From: Abditibacteriaceae bacterium
GTDB lineage: Bacteria; Armatimonadota; Abditibacteriia; Abditibacteriales; Abditibacteriaceae
NCBI GenBank assembly: GCA_965277285.1
Contig: OZ255721.1
Coordinates: forward strand, 256,001-320,000
Direction: 5' to 3'
DNA length: 64,000 nucleotides
Shown: one piece after another, positions 20,212 through 29,591 of the stretch
Layout of the letters: each line of letters begins with the position of its first letter
Position numbering within the stretch: the stretch's first letter is position 1
Notes under the pieces: generated by a model
Seen by the model: only the letters and a program-made list of their open reading frames with translations
Told to the model about the DNA's origin: nothing
Database searches by the model: none
Program-made: the position numbers and the translations under genes

Positions 20212-21633
20212 TCACACATCGCCGGGTTCATCGGCCATGCGAACGATGCGCGGCATGAACTTTCCGACGATGTCCACCAAATCGCGTTGCGCGGCGATGA
20301 CGCTTTCGATGTCCTTATACGCCTGCGGCGATTCGTCCAGGCCGCCGCCCAGCAATTGCACGCCGCGTTCCTGCAAATAACGGTCGCGCATCGTTTTGGT
20401 GACGGCTTCATTGGCCGCGCGCCGCGACATTTTGCGACCCGCGCCATGACTGGCCGAATTGATCGAACTGCCGACGCCTTTGCCGCGCACCACGTAACCG
20501 GCGTCGCCCATCGAACCCGGAATGACACCCAAAACGCCTTCTCCGGCGGGCGTCGCGCCTTTACGATGCACAATTGCTTCTGTTCCATCTTCGAGCGTTT
20601 CCTTCCACGCGAAGTTGTGATGGTTTTCGACAGACGCGATTTCCTTGACGCCCGCCGCTTTCGCTACGCGTTCGTGGATGACTTTGTGGTTGGCGCTGGC
20701 GAAACGTCCGGCCAGTTCCATCGAAATCCAGTACTCGATGCCAGCTTCGCTGTCCAAATCGAGCCACGCCAGATGACGCACCACGTTTTCCAGTTTCGGA
20801 TGCAGATCGCGCGCGATTTTCGAATACTCGTTGGCGATCTTGAAACCGACGCCACGCGAACCGCTGTGCGACAGCAACGCCAGATATTCGCCAGCTTCCA
20901 GATTCAAATCATCAGAACGCTTGTCCAACGTGAAGCTGCCCCATTCGACGAAATGGTTGCCGGTTCCGCTGGTGCCCAACTGCTCGCGCGCCTTGTTGTG
21001 CAAACTTCTCAGCAAACGTGTCGCTTTCCAGCCCGCGTCGTCCAAAACTTCGTGTTCGGGGCGATTGCTGCCAGCCCATTCGCAGCCGCGACCAAAACGC
21101 GTCCAATCGCTCAAGGCTTTGGCGAATTGCGGTTTTTGCCCCAATGCGTGCGGCGAAATTTCGTAAACCGAAAGCCTCATGCGGCACGCGATGTCGACGC
21201 CGACTGCATACGGAATCACGGTTCCCGCTGTCGCCAGAACGCCGCCAATCGGCAAGCCGTAACCGACGTGCGCGTCCGGCATCAAGGCGCCCGCGACCGC
21301 GACCGGCAAAGTCATCGCGTGACGCATTTGCTCGGTCGCGCCAAAGTCGATGCCGTCGGCGCCCCAGGTTTGAAAACTGATCGGTTCGTCGCGCAGTTTG
21401 TCGTCGCTGCGCGAAGTTTCGGTTGTGGTGCGACGAATCGTTTCGCGCGCCAAATCCGCGAACAAAGGCGTCGCCAGATATTCCGACGGGTTTTCGCGCA
21501 CTTTGTCCAAACGGTCGAGAATGGTTGCTTCGTCGTGACCGCTGGCTTCCATTTTCTGCGCGGCGGCTTTGGCTAGACCGATAATTTTTCCTTCCGGCCA
21601 GCCGCGCGACTTCAAAACTTTTCCTGTGAACAT
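20212..21633 (-). CDS. rtcB: RNA ligase RtcB (3'-phosphate/5'-OH)
   Basis: MPDAHVGYGLPIG, GVDIAC, GTGNHFVE, HSGSRG, HHNFAW, HRKGAT, PGSMG, SHGAGR, DESPQAYK. Confidence 0.95.
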   Translation of the reverse strand: MFTGKVLKSRGWPEGKIIGLAKAAAQKMEASGHDEATILDRLDKVRENPSEYLATPLFADLARETIRRTTTETSRSDDKLRDEPISFQTWGADGIDFGATEQMRHAMTLPVAVAGALMPDAHVGYGLPIGGVLATAGTVIPYAVGVDIACRMRLSVYEISPHALGQKPQFAKALSDWTRFGRGCEWAGSNRPEHEVLDDAGWKATRLLRSLHNKAREQLGTSGTGNHFVEWGSFTLDKRSDDLNLEAGEYLALLSHSGSRGVGFKIANEYSKIARDLHPKLENVVRHLAWLDLDSEAGIEYWISMELAGRFASANHKVIHERVAKAAGVKEIASVENHHNFAWKETLEDGTEAIVHRKGATPAGEGVLGVIPGSMGDAGYVVRGKGVGSSINSASHGAGRKMSRRAANEAVTKTMRDRYLQERGVQLLGGGLDESPQAYKDIESVIAAQRDLVDIVGKFMPRIVRMADEPGDV

Positions 21634-21647
21634 AAGAGTCCTTGAAC

Positions 21648-21819
21648 CAAATGATGAATACGGAATGCGGAATGATGAATATCGAGTACTCGAAAGTAAC
21701 AGTTTGTCATTCTGAGTGAAACGAAGAATCTCACTGCAGTTAGATCTTTCGCTGCGCTCAAGATGACGAAGTTGTCAGTTCGACTTATTCATCATTCCGT
21801 ATTCCGCATTCATCATTTG
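21648..21819. repeat. Nested composite repeat: heptamer-built inverted arms enclosing the 12-bp palindrome and a GTCATTCTGAG REP
   Basis: CAAATGATGAATACGGAATGCGGAATGATGAATA (21648-21681) pairs with TATTCATCATTCCGTATTCCGCATTCATCATTTG (21786-21819); palindrome at 21682; REP at about 21703-21767. Confidence 0.75.
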
Positions 21820-21914
21820 CTCGGTCGGACACTCGCGCCACAGAAACGAAAAAGCGCGAGTGTCGAAAATCAACACCCGCGCTCTGGCTTCGCAAAGTGG
21901 AAGCAAAACGACGA

Positions 21915-22016
21915 TCACGCCTTGAAGAATAAGCGGCGGAGGAACGGGTGTTGAAAAAGTGCGGGCGCAAAATGGGTGCGCCGTAAGTTGGTTTTGGGGC
22001 CGTCGGGGTTGAGCAT
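21915..22016 (-). CDS. Candidate 33-aa leader peptide upstream of rtcB (MLNPDGPKTNLRRTHFAPALFQHPFLRRLFFKA)
   Basis: AGGAGG-AACC-ATG on the minus strand; in-frame TGA at 21917-21915; below the ORF-track cutoff. Confidence 0.5.
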   Translation of the reverse strand: MLNPDGPKTNLRRTHFAPALFQHPFLRRLFFKA

Positions 22017-22187
22017 GGTTCCTCCTGTCGGTTTTGAGATTCTGCGATTTAACGATGCAGAACACGAAATATAGCGCGCCTTCCCGAAATTGTCAAGGAA
22101 AATTCAATAATTGGGCGCGTGACAAAATCGCAATAAAAACATTATGTCTTTTGCTATAGTGATGTTACAAATGGAGAGAAGCTAATA

Positions 22188-23357
22188 ATGATTAAAACTT
22201 ATGATGGCAACGGGCGCATGGCGCTGAAGCCTTTGATGCATCAGACGAAGACGCAAGCGTTGCGCGACGAATTGAGCAGTTTGGTCGACACAATGCAGCC
22301 GGACGAGAAACTGCCGACGATGCGGCAATTGCAGGAATCGCTCGGCGTCAGCCCGATGACGCTGCATCGCGCCCTCAGCGAACTCGAAGCGCAACACATC
22401 ATTTATCGCCGTCAGGGTTCGGGAACCTATGTCGCGCCGCGCGCCGAAGCACCCGCCGAAGCGACACCAACGGTTGGCTTGGTTTACGACCGCGATATTT
22501 TCGGCAAGCAAGCCTCGCCTTTTGGTTCGATTTTAGTGGAGGAAGCGCGGCGTCGCGCCACGGCCAACGGCGAGCGTTTCAGCCTTTATCTGGCGCCTAA
22601 ATCCAGTGAAGACGAAGCTGTTCACGACGATTTGCGCGAGGCTGTCGAGCAGGGACGTTTGCGCGGCGTTTTGTACGCGGGCGAAACTCATGTGCGCGCT
22701 TTGGATTATCTGCTGGAAAACAATATTCCCGTGGTTTCGTTGTCGTATTTGCCGACGGCTTCGCATCGCGTGCGCATTGATCACGCGGAAATCGTGCGCC
22801 TGGGCGTTCAGGCTTTGGCGGAAAAAGGTTGCAAGCGCATCGGTTTATGGATTCCTCTGGGCGTCGGTTTGGGCAAAGATTCCACGGGCCATTTCTCCGA
22901 ATTGGACGCGTTTCGTGGCGCTCTGAAAGAGCACGGCCTGGAATATGACGAAACTCTCGTGTGGCGTGCCGATGAACATACCAGCGAAGTGCCAGAAGTC
23001 GCGGAAACCAATCAGCATCAGGGTTTGCGGGCTGCGCGCGAAGTTTTCGCCAAGAAAAAAGGCGATTCGAGTACTCGAAACGTGCCCGATGGAATCGTTA
23101 TCAATGACGACATGATGACGCGCGGTGCCTTGACGAGCCTGGCGAAACTGGGCGTTCCTATCGGCAAAGATTTGCAGATCGCCACGCACGCCAACTGTCA
23201 TTCGGATGTGCTTTTAGGCCACGAAGACGACCTGACGCTGATCGAAATCGATCCCGCCCAAGTTGCCGACGCGATGTTCCAAATGCTGGAAACTTTGATG
23301 AGCGGCAATCAACCGGTCAGCGATGTCGTTGAAATCAAACCACAACTGCGCAATTAG
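22188..23357 (+). CDS. GntR wHTH plus LacI-type ligand-binding transcriptional regulator
   Basis: KLPTMRQL...GVSPMTLHRALSEL...RRQGSGTYV, then a periplasmic-binding-like domain (PDGIVINDD, LGVPIGKDLQI). Confidence 0.88.
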   Translation: MIKTYDGNGRMALKPLMHQTKTQALRDELSSLVDTMQPDEKLPTMRQLQESLGVSPMTLHRALSELEAQHIIYRRQGSGTYVAPRAEAPAEATPTVGLVYDRDIFGKQASPFGSILVEEARRRATANGERFSLYLAPKSSEDEAVHDDLREAVEQGRLRGVLYAGETHVRALDYLLENNIPVVSLSYLPTASHRVRIDHAEIVRLGVQALAEKGCKRIGLWIPLGVGLGKDSTGHFSELDAFRGALKEHGLEYDETLVWRADEHTSEVPEVAETNQHQGLRAAREVFAKKKGDSSTRNVPDGIVINDDMMTRGALTSLAKLGVPIGKDLQIATHANCHSDVLLGHEDDLTLIEIDPAQVADAMFQMLETLMSGNQPVSDVVEIKPQLRN

Positions 23358-23361
23358 AAAC

Positions 23362-23451
23362 TAACCACCAAGACACAAAGAACACCAAGAAAAGCATCGG
23401 AGTCCAAAAGTACTTCGTTCCGTCTTGGTGTTCTTGGTATCTTGGTGGTTA
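23362..23451. repeat. Inverted repeat built from 9-nt units (ACACCAAGA-like) between convergent genes
   Basis: TAACCACCAAGACACAAAGAACACCAAGA pairs with TCTTGGTGTTCTTGGTATCTTGGTGGTTA, 2 mismatches. Confidence 0.7.
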
Positions 23452-23456
23452 ATCTT

Positions 23457-24038
23457 TTACACCAGGTCGCAGGCGTCGGCGGGCATCCAGTGGCGTTCCT
23501 GGCCGCGCCATTTCACGTTGCAGCCGATGGGATTGGTTTTCTCGACGGGCGGATTTTTGCCGTGAATTAATGCTTCAATGGCGTCGCGCAATTCGTGCGT
23601 GGTTTCGGCTCCGGGCGTGCGTGGATTGTCGTCCATACGGCCCGTGTAGCGCAGTTGGCGGTTGTTGTCGAAGAGGAAAAAGTGCGGCGTGCGCAAGGCG
23701 CCGTAGGCCAGCGCGACTTGCTGCGTCTCGTCGCGCAAATAGGGAAAGCGAAAACCCATTTCGTGGGCGCGCGCGATCATGTTTTCGTAAGAATCGTCGG
23801 TGTGATTTTCGTCTTCGTTCGAGTTGATGCAGACCAGAGCAACGCCGCGCTCGAGGTAATCGAGGTGCAGGCGCTTGATGCGATCTTCGCTGCCCACAAC
23901 ATACGGGCAATGGTTGCAAGTGAAGGCGATGATGAGAAAGTTCGCGTCTTTGAAGGACGCCAGCGAATAAGAATAGGCGTCAACGCCGCGCAAATCGAAG
24001 TCGGGCGCCTGGGCGCCGATGTCCAGAGTGAAAGCCAT
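23457..24038 (-). CDS. Thioredoxin-fold AhpC/TSA redoxin family protein
   Basis: APDFDL, FTCNHCPYV, FPYLRDETQQVA, YTGRMDD, IGCNVKW; AAGGAG upstream. Confidence 0.9.
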   Translation of the reverse strand: MAFTLDIGAQAPDFDLRGVDAYSYSLASFKDANFLIIAFTCNHCPYVVGSEDRIKRLHLDYLERGVALVCINSNEDENHTDDSYENMIARAHEMGFRFPYLRDETQQVALAYGALRTPHFFLFDNNRQLRYTGRMDDNPRTPGAETTHELRDAIEALIHGKNPPVEKTNPIGCNVKWRGQERHWMPADACDLV

Positions 24039-24223
24039 AACGAGTGCTCCTTTGAGAATGCTTCCGTGATTTGTCACAGTTTACGATTCGCTTCGTCGCT
24101 CGTGCCGCAAATTGCCGCGCGCGACGAAATTTCTTTCCAAATGCGCTATGATAAAGGCACCCATTGGAAGGATGAAACGATAATCGAGTACTCGATTCTT
24201 CAAGCGAAATGCGCCAGGTTCTT

Positions 24224-25993
24224 ATGAAAAAATTGTTGATCGGAAGTTTTCTGTTAGCGGCTTTGCTGGTGGATGGCGCATCGTCGCTGCGCGCGCAGGA
24301 TAACATTTCACTAACTGCGCGTTCAAGCGTATTGACGACAAATGTCTTAACAACCATGCCGGTCAAGGAAATTACGGTTTTTAAAGACGGTTACGCTTTT
24401 GTGCTGCACGAAGGAACTTTGCCGACCAACCGTGATGGCGATGTTGTGCTGGACAGTTTGCCCAATCCCGTGCTGGGAACTTTTTGGCCTTATTCCACCG
24501 ATGCGCGGGCGCATTTACATTCGGTTGTCGCTTCTCGCCAGAGCGTGACGGGCAGCAAAAACGCCCTTGAAATCCGCGATTTGATTGAAGCGAATATCGG
24601 CGCGCAAGTCACCATCAAGGAAAGCGACAACTCGCTTTATTCCGCCACGATTTTGGCCGTTCCCGAACCGGATGCCGACGATGTTGCGCCCGTCGTTGAT
24701 AGCGTAACCTTCAACACGTCGTATAATTCGCGTGCGACGACGCCTGCGACCAAGGGCGGTATCGTCTTGTTGCAAAACGATAAAGGCGTGCGCGCTTTGC
24801 CGATGGAGCGCATTCAGGACATTACATTTAAGAACACGCCGAAAATGGCGCTTGCTTCCAGCGATCAGCGCAACGTGCTAACCATGAAATTGGACTGGCA
24901 AGGCGCGCCACAAACGTCGGCGGGCGTCGGCATGATGTATTTGCAAAAAGGCGTGCGCTGGATTCCCAATTATCGCATCACGCTGGATGGGCAGGGCAAA
25001 GCGCGCGTACAACTCCAGGCGACGCTCTTGAACGAACTGACCGACCTCAACGATGTGACGGCCAATCTGGTCATCGGTGCGCCCTCGTTCGCCTTCAAAG
25101 ATTCGCCGGATCCGATTTCTCTGCAGGACACGCTGGCGCAATTATCGCCGTATTTTCAGGAAAACGATGCGCGCGGCGGATACGCTTTTTCCAATTCGAT
25201 CATGTCGCAAAGCGCCGGTTACGGCGTGGCGAACACCAGCAGCAACGCGGTTTCGATGCCTTCGGCCATTGAAAGCGGCGCCAAAAACGAAGACCTTTAC
25301 GTCTTCACGGTGCGCCATTTGAGCTTGAAAAAAGGCGAGCGCATGACTTTGCCGGTTGTCGAGTACTCGATTCCCTACCGCGACGTTTACACGCTCGATG
25401 TCGGGTTCGCGCCGCCCGCAGAACTCGCGTCCTATTACGACAACGATCAGCAAACGCGCATGGCAGCTTTGATGAACGCGCCCAAAGTGATGCACAAAAT
25501 TCGCCTGACCAACACCAGCACGCAGCCTTTGACGACCGCGCCCGCGCTGATTTTGAACGGCTCGCAAGTGCTGGCGCAAGGCTTGATGACTTACGCTTCG
25601 CCCGGCGGCAACGCCGATGTCGACTTGACCAGTGCAATGGACATTCGCGTTTCGCGCAGTGATGTGGAAACCAAGCGCACGCCGAACGCCGAAACCTGGC
25701 AGGGCGATCAATATGGTCGCGCCGATTTGAACGGCAAGATTTCGCTGTGCAATTATCGTAAAGACGCGGTTGAAGTCGAAGTGACGCGCCATTTGCCAGG
25801 TTTGGTCGATGCGGCAACTGGCGGGACGGTCGTGCGCAACAGCATTTTCGACGATACGACGTATGCGCCCGCGCGCGGTTATCCCGATTGGTGGCAACAC
25901 TTTAACGGCGTCTCATCAATCACTTGGACGACGAAATTAGAGCCGCGCAAAGATGTCGATTTGACCTATCAATGGCATTATTTCTGGCGTTGA
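24224..25993 (+). CDS. Exported DUF4139/DUF4140-like protein
   Basis: MKK signal peptide; EITVFKDGYAFV, YLQKGVRWIPNY, ATLLNE motifs. Confidence 0.7.
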   Translation: MKKLLIGSFLLAALLVDGASSLRAQDNISLTARSSVLTTNVLTTMPVKEITVFKDGYAFVLHEGTLPTNRDGDVVLDSLPNPVLGTFWPYSTDARAHLHSVVASRQSVTGSKNALEIRDLIEANIGAQVTIKESDNSLYSATILAVPEPDADDVAPVVDSVTFNTSYNSRATTPATKGGIVLLQNDKGVRALPMERIQDITFKNTPKMALASSDQRNVLTMKLDWQGAPQTSAGVGMMYLQKGVRWIPNYRITLDGQGKARVQLQATLLNELTDLNDVTANLVIGAPSFAFKDSPDPISLQDTLAQLSPYFQENDARGGYAFSNSIMSQSAGYGVANTSSNAVSMPSAIESGAKNEDLYVFTVRHLSLKKGERMTLPVVEYSIPYRDVYTLDVGFAPPAELASYYDNDQQTRMAALMNAPKVMHKIRLTNTSTQPLTTAPALILNGSQVLAQGLMTYASPGGNADVDLTSAMDIRVSRSDVETKRTPNAETWQGDQYGRADLNGKISLCNYRKDAVEVEVTRHLPGLVDAATGGTVVRNSIFDDTTYAPARGYPDWWQHFNGVSSITWTTKLEPRKDVDLTYQWHYFWR

Positions 25994-26027
25994 CAATGGA
26001 ATCGAGTACTTGATGCTGAAATTCAAC

Positions 26028-26109
26028 GAACCCTGAGCGTGAGCGACGGGTGGAAAGTGAGAGTTTGTTCTTGCTCAGAGTTTCCACCCGTCGCTCACGC
26101 TCAGGGTTC
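26028..26109. repeat. REP-like inverted repeat, family AACCCTGAGCGT(C/G)AGCGACGGGTG
   Basis: GAACCCTGAGCGTGAGCGACGGGTGGAAA...TTTCCACCCGTCGCTCACGCTCAGGGTTC; compensatory C/G change relative to the 15338 copy. Confidence 0.85.
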
Positions 26110-26131
26110 CTTAGTCGAATAATATTTTGAA

Positions 26132-26578
26132 ATGACCGTTTTATTTACACCTTTGGGTTTGGCTTACGGTTGGCTTTATTCGGCGATTTTGCTGGTGCGC
26201 CCGCAGCGCGTGATCGTCGTGACTTCGCCGCAGGCCATCGTTAATCTGCACAGCGCGGTCGATGCGGCGCGCTTTTTTCATTCCAAATTTGAAATCGAAA
26301 CGCACCTTTTGCAAGACCCGCTTTCCGGTTTCGCCGAAGGCCGCACCTTGGCCAGACAAATCGCGCAAGCTGCTGATGCGAGTTGGGAAGGCGAAAACAT
26401 TGTCAATTTGACGGGCGGAACAACGGCGTTGCAAGATTGCGTGCGCTCGGTCGCCGATGTTTTACGCGCCAAGAATATCGACGTCCGCGAAGTCGCCGTG
26501 ATTGATCGCCGCGACGCCGACGAACAAAAACGCGTGCCGTTAGCTGTCGGTGAAATGGTCGAAGTTCCCGCAGCGTAA
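26132..26578 (+). CDS. Stand-alone CARF-like (CRISPR-associated Rossmann fold) protein
   Basis: N-terminal strand-loop VLFTPLG, PQRVIVVTS and IVNLTGGTT resemble CARF motifs I and II; no effector domain. Confidence 0.6.
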   Translation: MTVLFTPLGLAYGWLYSAILLVRPQRVIVVTSPQAIVNLHSAVDAARFFHSKFEIETHLLQDPLSGFAEGRTLARQIAQAADASWEGENIVNLTGGTTALQDCVRSVADVLRAKNIDVREVAVIDRRDADEQKRVPLAVGEMVEVPAA

Positions 26579-26608
26579 TTTATTCGGTAGTTCGAGTACT
26601 CGAAACTT

Positions 26609-27643
26609 ATGTGGATCAAGTTCACGGAATTGGCGCGGCGCGCGATTTTGTTGGCGCAGCAGAAAGCAACGAAGCACGACAGCCAGACCGTTGGTGTGGC
26701 GCAAATCGTGGCGGGCGTGTTGTGTTGCGAAGACAAGACCATGGCGCTTGATACAAGCCAAACCATGACATCTGAAGTGCAAAAAGCTCCTGCGAATTTC
26801 GTTTCACAGCTTTTGTTATTGAATGAAGTTGACGTGTCGTTGCTGCAAAGACAGTTATCGGCGTTACCTTTCGAGCGCTCTGCGAAGAAAACGGATAAAC
26901 CGCATTTGACACGAGACGCCAAGCGAGTACTCGAATTGGCCGCTGATGAAGCGCGGTGTCTGGCGTGCAGTTTTATCGGGCCTGAATTTCTGTTATTAGG
27001 CGCTCTGCGTTTTTCCGGGCCAGTATCGCTCGTTCTCGCCGACCATAATTTGAGTGTTGTTACCGTGCGGCTTCAACTTCATGCCTTGCTTTGTGGACGC
27101 GATACCAATGATGTGGGCGAAGTCGTTCTATCTGATGAAGTGCGAGAATTGATGACACAAAGCCAGCAGCAAGCGAGCTTGAGCGGCAACGGATTCGTCG
27201 GGACGGGACATTTTCTGCTCGCCCTGATTCTCAATGGCGAAGCGCGTCAAAGTGAAAGCATTATTTGTGTTTTGCAGAGCGCAGGCGTTTCGCTGCCCGA
27301 TATGCGACAGAAAATCAAAAATCGCCTGACTTCTGATACCAAGGTCGGTGGCGCGCGTCCGGCTCCAACTTCTGAAATGCGCCACGTCCTGGAGAATGCA
27401 AAAACGCTGGCTGTAAACGCCAATACACGCCTGGTGAACCAAGAGCATTTGCTGATGGCTCTGGCATCGCCGCCAAACTCGTCATTGTGGTGCAAAATCG
27501 CAGCTCAAATCTCTGGCAAGCCACCTGATTCGGTGGCCTATGACGTGTTATATTCGTGTGGTGTCAACGCCCAAACTTTGAGCGCGCAGTTGTGGCAACA
27601 CGCGCTTCAGAAAACCTCTCAGCAAGCCGGAAACGCGTTGTAA
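26609..27643 (+). CDS. Clp N-terminal repeat-only protein (two tandem Clp-N domains, no ATPase)
   Basis: [64 protein letters not shown]; similar to the clpC N-terminus in this window. Confidence 0.85.
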   Translation: MWIKFTELARRAILLAQQKATKHDSQTVGVAQIVAGVLCCEDKTMALDTSQTMTSEVQKAPANFVSQLLLLNEVDVSLLQRQLSALPFERSAKKTDKPHLTRDAKRVLELAADEARCLACSFIGPEFLLLGALRFSGPVSLVLADHNLSVVTVRLQLHALLCGRDTNDVGEVVLSDEVRELMTQSQQQASLSGNGFVGTGHFLLALILNGEARQSESIICVLQSAGVSLPDMRQKIKNRLTSDTKVGGARPAPTSEMRHVLENAKTLAVNANTRLVNQEHLLMALASPPNSSLWCKIAAQISGKPPDSVAYDVLYSCGVNAQTLSAQLWQHALQKTSQQAGNAL

Positions 27644-27678
27644 GCGCCGTTCGAGTACTCAAATGATGAGAAAACGTT

Positions 27679-28089
27679 ATGAACGATGATTTTTTGTCGA
27701 ACGAAAAAGACGAAGGCTGGATGAAATTAGGCGTCGCAGCGGAACTTTCGCGCGCTTATAACCGCGATGGGCGAGATTTCTTTCAAGGCTTGGTGTTAAT
27801 GCTTCAGAACGCCCTGCCAGAGGAAACTCAGGTCGAAATGCGCGGCGGCTGGTTCGCCAAGAAAACGCCGGGGCGCGTGATCGTCAATCTGGGCGAAGAT
27901 CGCTTGTCGCTCGAAGCGCCCGAACATGGCGCATTAAGTGCTGCGCGAACTCATGTCGTACGCGGCATCGCGCTGAAAACTGAAGCAATTGGCGTAGAAG
28001 AATGGTTGCAAACGCTGGGCGCGATTTTGGATGAACGCGCGAAAAACAGTCAGCACGCGCGTGATGCCTTGGAAAAGATGGTGTGGTGA
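27679..28089 (+). CDS. Hypothetical protein (136 aa) upstream of YbjQ-like genes
   Basis: Clean ORF; HVVRGIALKTE..GVEEWL segment looks conserved from recall. Confidence 0.75.
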   Translation: MNDDFLSNEKDEGWMKLGVAAELSRAYNRDGRDFFQGLVLMLQNALPEETQVEMRGGWFAKKTPGRVIVNLGEDRLSLEAPEHGALSAARTHVVRGIALKTEAIGVEEWLQTLGAILDERAKNSQHARDALEKMVW

Positions 28090-28151
28090 TTTTGGCGGGC
28101 TAACAATTTTGGTGGGCTAACAGAGGAAGCCACGAAACAGTTAAGGACAAA

Positions 28152-28245
28152 TTCAAACTACCAGTTTGTCATTCTGAGCGCAGCGAAGAATCTAACTTCA
28201 ATTAGATTCTTCGCTGCGCTCAGAATGACAAACTGGTAGTTTGAA
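28152..28245. repeat. REP-like palindrome, GTCATTCTGAG family
   Basis: 44-bp perfect arms TTCAAACTACCAGTTTGTCATTCTGAGCGCAGCGAAGAATCTAA with a 6-nt loop. Confidence 0.9.
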
Positions 28246-28336
28246 GACTCTTCCTACTTGCTTCACGTGCTTTGAGGATGACAACGCCTTTGTCCTTCCT
28301 TTATTTCAGCAGCTAATTTGATTCGAGTACTCGATT

Positions 28337-29302
28337 ATGGGATTCCTCGACTTTTTGAAAGGTTCGCACGAAGATGATGCCGTGCGTCAGCAACGCGAGG
28401 CGCGTCAGGCCGCCAGTCTCGAAAGCCTCCGGCGCGGCGGTTTGCCGTTGAATGCGACCGAGCGCTTGAGCGAACAGGCTTCGCGTCAGGGCACGCCGCG
28501 CCACTTTTTCACCAGCGACCTGGATGTGAACGAACTGAGCTTGTCGCATCAGGTCGGTTACGAGCCGCTGGGACAAGTGATGGGCAGCACGATTTATCAT
28601 GTCGGCTGGCAATGGCAAACCATGGGTTGGCAGAACTCGTCGTGGTATAACGGCGTTTCGTCCGAACTCGCGGTTTTGACCGAAGCCTTTGCGCACGCGC
28701 GATCTTTAGCTTTGGGACGTTTGAAAGAAGAAGCCGCCTTGCTGGGCGCGTCCGGCGTCATCGGCGTGCGCCTGACGCATCAGGAATACGATTGGGGCGC
28801 CGATCTGCTGGAGTTCATGGCGATTGGCACCGCGATTCGAGAAACTGGCGCCAGTTTTTCGCAACAGGAACCGTTTCTCAGCGACCTGTCCGGCGACGAT
28901 TTCTGGCGCTTGCGGCGCGGCGGTTTTCGTCCTGTCGGCATCGCGGTCGGCAACTGCACGTATTACCAGATTCCCAGTTGGAACACGCAGAACGTCACCA
29001 ACGGCGGCTTTTTTGGGATGGGAAACTGGCAAAACGTTGAACTGCCAGACTACACGCAATCGTTGTATTCGGCGCGCGAATTGGCCATGACGCGTCTGGA
29101 AGCGCAAGCGCAAAGTGTCGGCGCCAGCGGCGTCGTCGGCGTGACAATGGAAGTCAAAGCCGAACCGCATCCCGTCGATATTAACGACCGCGAGCGCGTT
29201 GATATGATGTACCATTTCACCGCGATTGGAACCTCTATCGCGCCGCATCCAACACCGACGCGCGAGTTACAGATTATTCCCGTTGTTTCGTTGAAAGATT
29301 GA
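28337..29302 (+). CDS. Tandem YbjQ/UPF0145-like domain protein
   Basis: Two repeats of FTSDL...G..P.G.VMG...AR.LA..RL..EA..LGASGVIGV...F.AIGTAI. Confidence 0.85.
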   Translation: MGFLDFLKGSHEDDAVRQQREARQAASLESLRRGGLPLNATERLSEQASRQGTPRHFFTSDLDVNELSLSHQVGYEPLGQVMGSTIYHVGWQWQTMGWQNSSWYNGVSSELAVLTEAFAHARSLALGRLKEEAALLGASGVIGVRLTHQEYDWGADLLEFMAIGTAIRETGASFSQQEPFLSDLSGDDFWRLRRGGFRPVGIAVGNCTYYQIPSWNTQNVTNGGFFGMGNWQNVELPDYTQSLYSARELAMTRLEAQAQSVGASGVVGVTMEVKAEPHPVDINDRERVDMMYHFTAIGTSIAPHPTPTRELQIIPVVSLKD

Positions 29303-29338
29303 GCGCTGATATTTTTCGCTCGGTTCGTTCCGATTCTA

Positions 29339-29546
29339 AGAATCAATTTGCAAAGTCCCAAAAACGCTTGTAAGTGGAAGTTTGTCATTCTGAGTGCAGC
29401 GAAGAATCTAACTGTAACGAGATTCTTCGCTGCACTCAGAATGACAAAGTGGGAGCTTAGCGGCTCTTCTTTCACTTTGTTTCCAACCTCTCAGAATGAC
29501 AAACTGCGGGTTTGAAGACGCATCACGATCTTTGCAAACCGATTCC
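29339..29546. mobile_element. MITE-like composite: TTTGCAAA-containing terminal IRs enclosing 1.5 GTCATTCTGAG REP units
   Basis: AGAATCAATTTGCAAAGT...TCTTTGCAAACCGATTCC; full REP hairpin 29381-29448 and an extra half at about 29489-29506. Confidence 0.6.
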
Positions 29547-29591
29547 AAGACCCAAGATCAAAGACCCAAGACCAATTAAGGAGTACTCGAA

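Noticed and set aside
20287..21576. 429-aa ORF opposite rtcB, and similar long antisense ORFs (51896-53146, 59034-60068, 6488-7444)
   Set aside because: Shadows of well-supported genes on the other strand.
20212..26578. rtcB and the CARF-like gene as an RtcR-type regulon
   Set aside because: The CARF-like protein has no AAA+ or HTH domain, lies 4.5 kb away behind three unrelated genes, and no rtcA or sigma-54 motif was seen.
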